Source: an uncultured Desulfobacterales bacterium
Lineage (GTDB): Bacteria; Desulfobacterota; DSM-4660; Desulfatiglandales; HGW-15
Reading direction: 5' to 3'
NCBI GenBank assembly: GCA_964647905.1
Contig: CAZYJR010000020.1
Span: forward strand, 577 to 64,576
Length of the DNA stretch: 64,000 nt
The position numbers were made by a program, and so were the translations under genes. A model generated the notes under the pieces. That model was given only the letters and a program-made list of their open reading frames with translations, was not told where the DNA came from and ran no database searches. Positions within the stretch are counted from its first letter, which is position 1. Each line of letters opens with the position of its first letter. Shown here one piece after another: positions 63,517 to 64,000 of the stretch.

Positions 63517-63990
63517 CTACAACTTCAGAGCGTGGGTTATCAGGTCCAGGGCCTCGTTCAACCTGATTCCCTTCTCCGCATACGTGTAGCCGATATAGTT
63601 GAGCGCGTCCGCATGATCGGGCTGGATCTCCAGTACCCGCCTCATCTGTTCGATGGAGACGTCCCTCTGCCCCGATTTGTCCAGGATTACCCCCAGGCGG
63701 AACACCATCTCGGCATTGTCCGGGTGGCGGCCAAGGCACCTCTCCAGCACCTCGCGCGCCTCCTCATACTTCTCCCGTCCCTCCAGGGTGGAGGCCAGCA
63801 TCAGGTAGATCTCGCTTTTGTCCCGGTTCTTGGCCAGGGCCTCCCTGAGGACCTTTTCGGCCTCAGCCGGTTTGTCTCTGGAGTCCAGGATATAGGCTAT
63901 ATGCATCTGGGCGTTCAGATAGTACTCGGAGTCCCCTGGTATCGCCCTGAAGTGATCCAGGGCCTCTTCGGCACGCGCGTGGTCCCCCAT
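63517..63990 (-). CDS. Tetratricopeptide-repeat protein (5' end beyond the window); ends at a TAG that looks premature
   Basis: TPR repeats run throughout (..AEAEKVLREALAKNRDKSEIYLMLASTLEGREKYEEAREVLERCL..). After the TAG at 63517-63519 the same frame continues with TPR-like PESGYIVDSLGWVYFQKGEYEKALEHLEKAASL. Confidence 0.7.
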   Translation of the reverse strand: MGDHARAEEALDHFRAIPGDSEYYLNAQMHIAYILDSRDKPAEAEKVLREALAKNRDKSEIYLMLASTLEGREKYEEAREVLERCLGRHPDNAEMVFRLGVILDKSGQRDVSIEQMRRVLEIQPDHADALNYIGYTYAEKGIRLNEALDLITHALKL

Positions 63991-64000
63991 CTCCAGAAAC

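Noticed and set aside
1-64000. A search for CRISPR arrays, rRNA and tRNA genes, and long tandem repeats
   Set aside because: Reading the intergenic regions revealed no regularly spaced direct repeats, no rRNA-like conserved blocks and no cloverleaf-capable tRNA sequences. A tRNAscan-SE, Infernal or CRISPR finder run would be needed for formal exclusion.

Overview
This 64 kb window is high-GC and looks like an anaerobic Desulfobacterota (deltaproteobacterium-like) chromosome. That assignment is inferred from gene content and was not searched. All family calls come from reading motifs in the supplied translations and the raw sequence; no BLAST, HMM or folding program was run.

The first ~46 kb is mostly core genome:
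- MocA/MobA-like transferase, PpiD-like chaperone, NamZ/DUF1343 and a secreted thermonuclease.
- A ClC channel with four CBS domains.
- A complete Tol-Pal cluster (tolQ-tolR-tolA-tolB-pal-ybgF).
- A Mo/W-cofactor cluster (mobB, a ModE-N-like wHTH gene, two moeA paralogues, one of them fused to a PBP-like domain). moaA lies at 40 kb.
- A thiolase and a lipase.
- An hdrA-mvhD-FeS-FeS-FAD/NAD(P) redox operon. Both hdrA and mvhD contain an in-frame TGA at a conserved Cys position, so both are predicted selenocysteine sites.
- Bactofilin, a DUF169-CoaE fusion and DUF2889/PHP genes.
- An acyl-CoA synthetase / deacetylase / GNAT / acetyl-CoA-hydrolase-GNAT module.
- Class II FBA and a YhaM-like HD nuclease.

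The most unusual locus is a three-gene operon at 41.2-45.9 kb. It encodes a wHTH-like protein, an AAA+ P-loop ATPase, and a RecB-type PD-(D/E)xK nuclease fused to an FtsK-type motor. It sits at the edge of the accessory region and I cannot assign it to a named system.

From ~46 kb onward the window is mosaic and accessory:
- A decayed integrase, brnTA, a degraded phd/vapC pair and IS1634-like fragments.
- An XRE/cupin-regulated BKACE + Liv-type ABC + SDR + 3-hydroxyacyl-CoA dehydrogenase island.
- An IS91-like remnant, followed by thiS-thiF.
- A ~5 kb AT-richer insertion bracketed by direct repeats of the thiF 3' end. It holds an intact IS1634-family transposase, a DUF3368/UPF0175 pair, a nucleotidyltransferase pair and gene fragments.

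No rRNA, tRNA or CRISPR array was seen.
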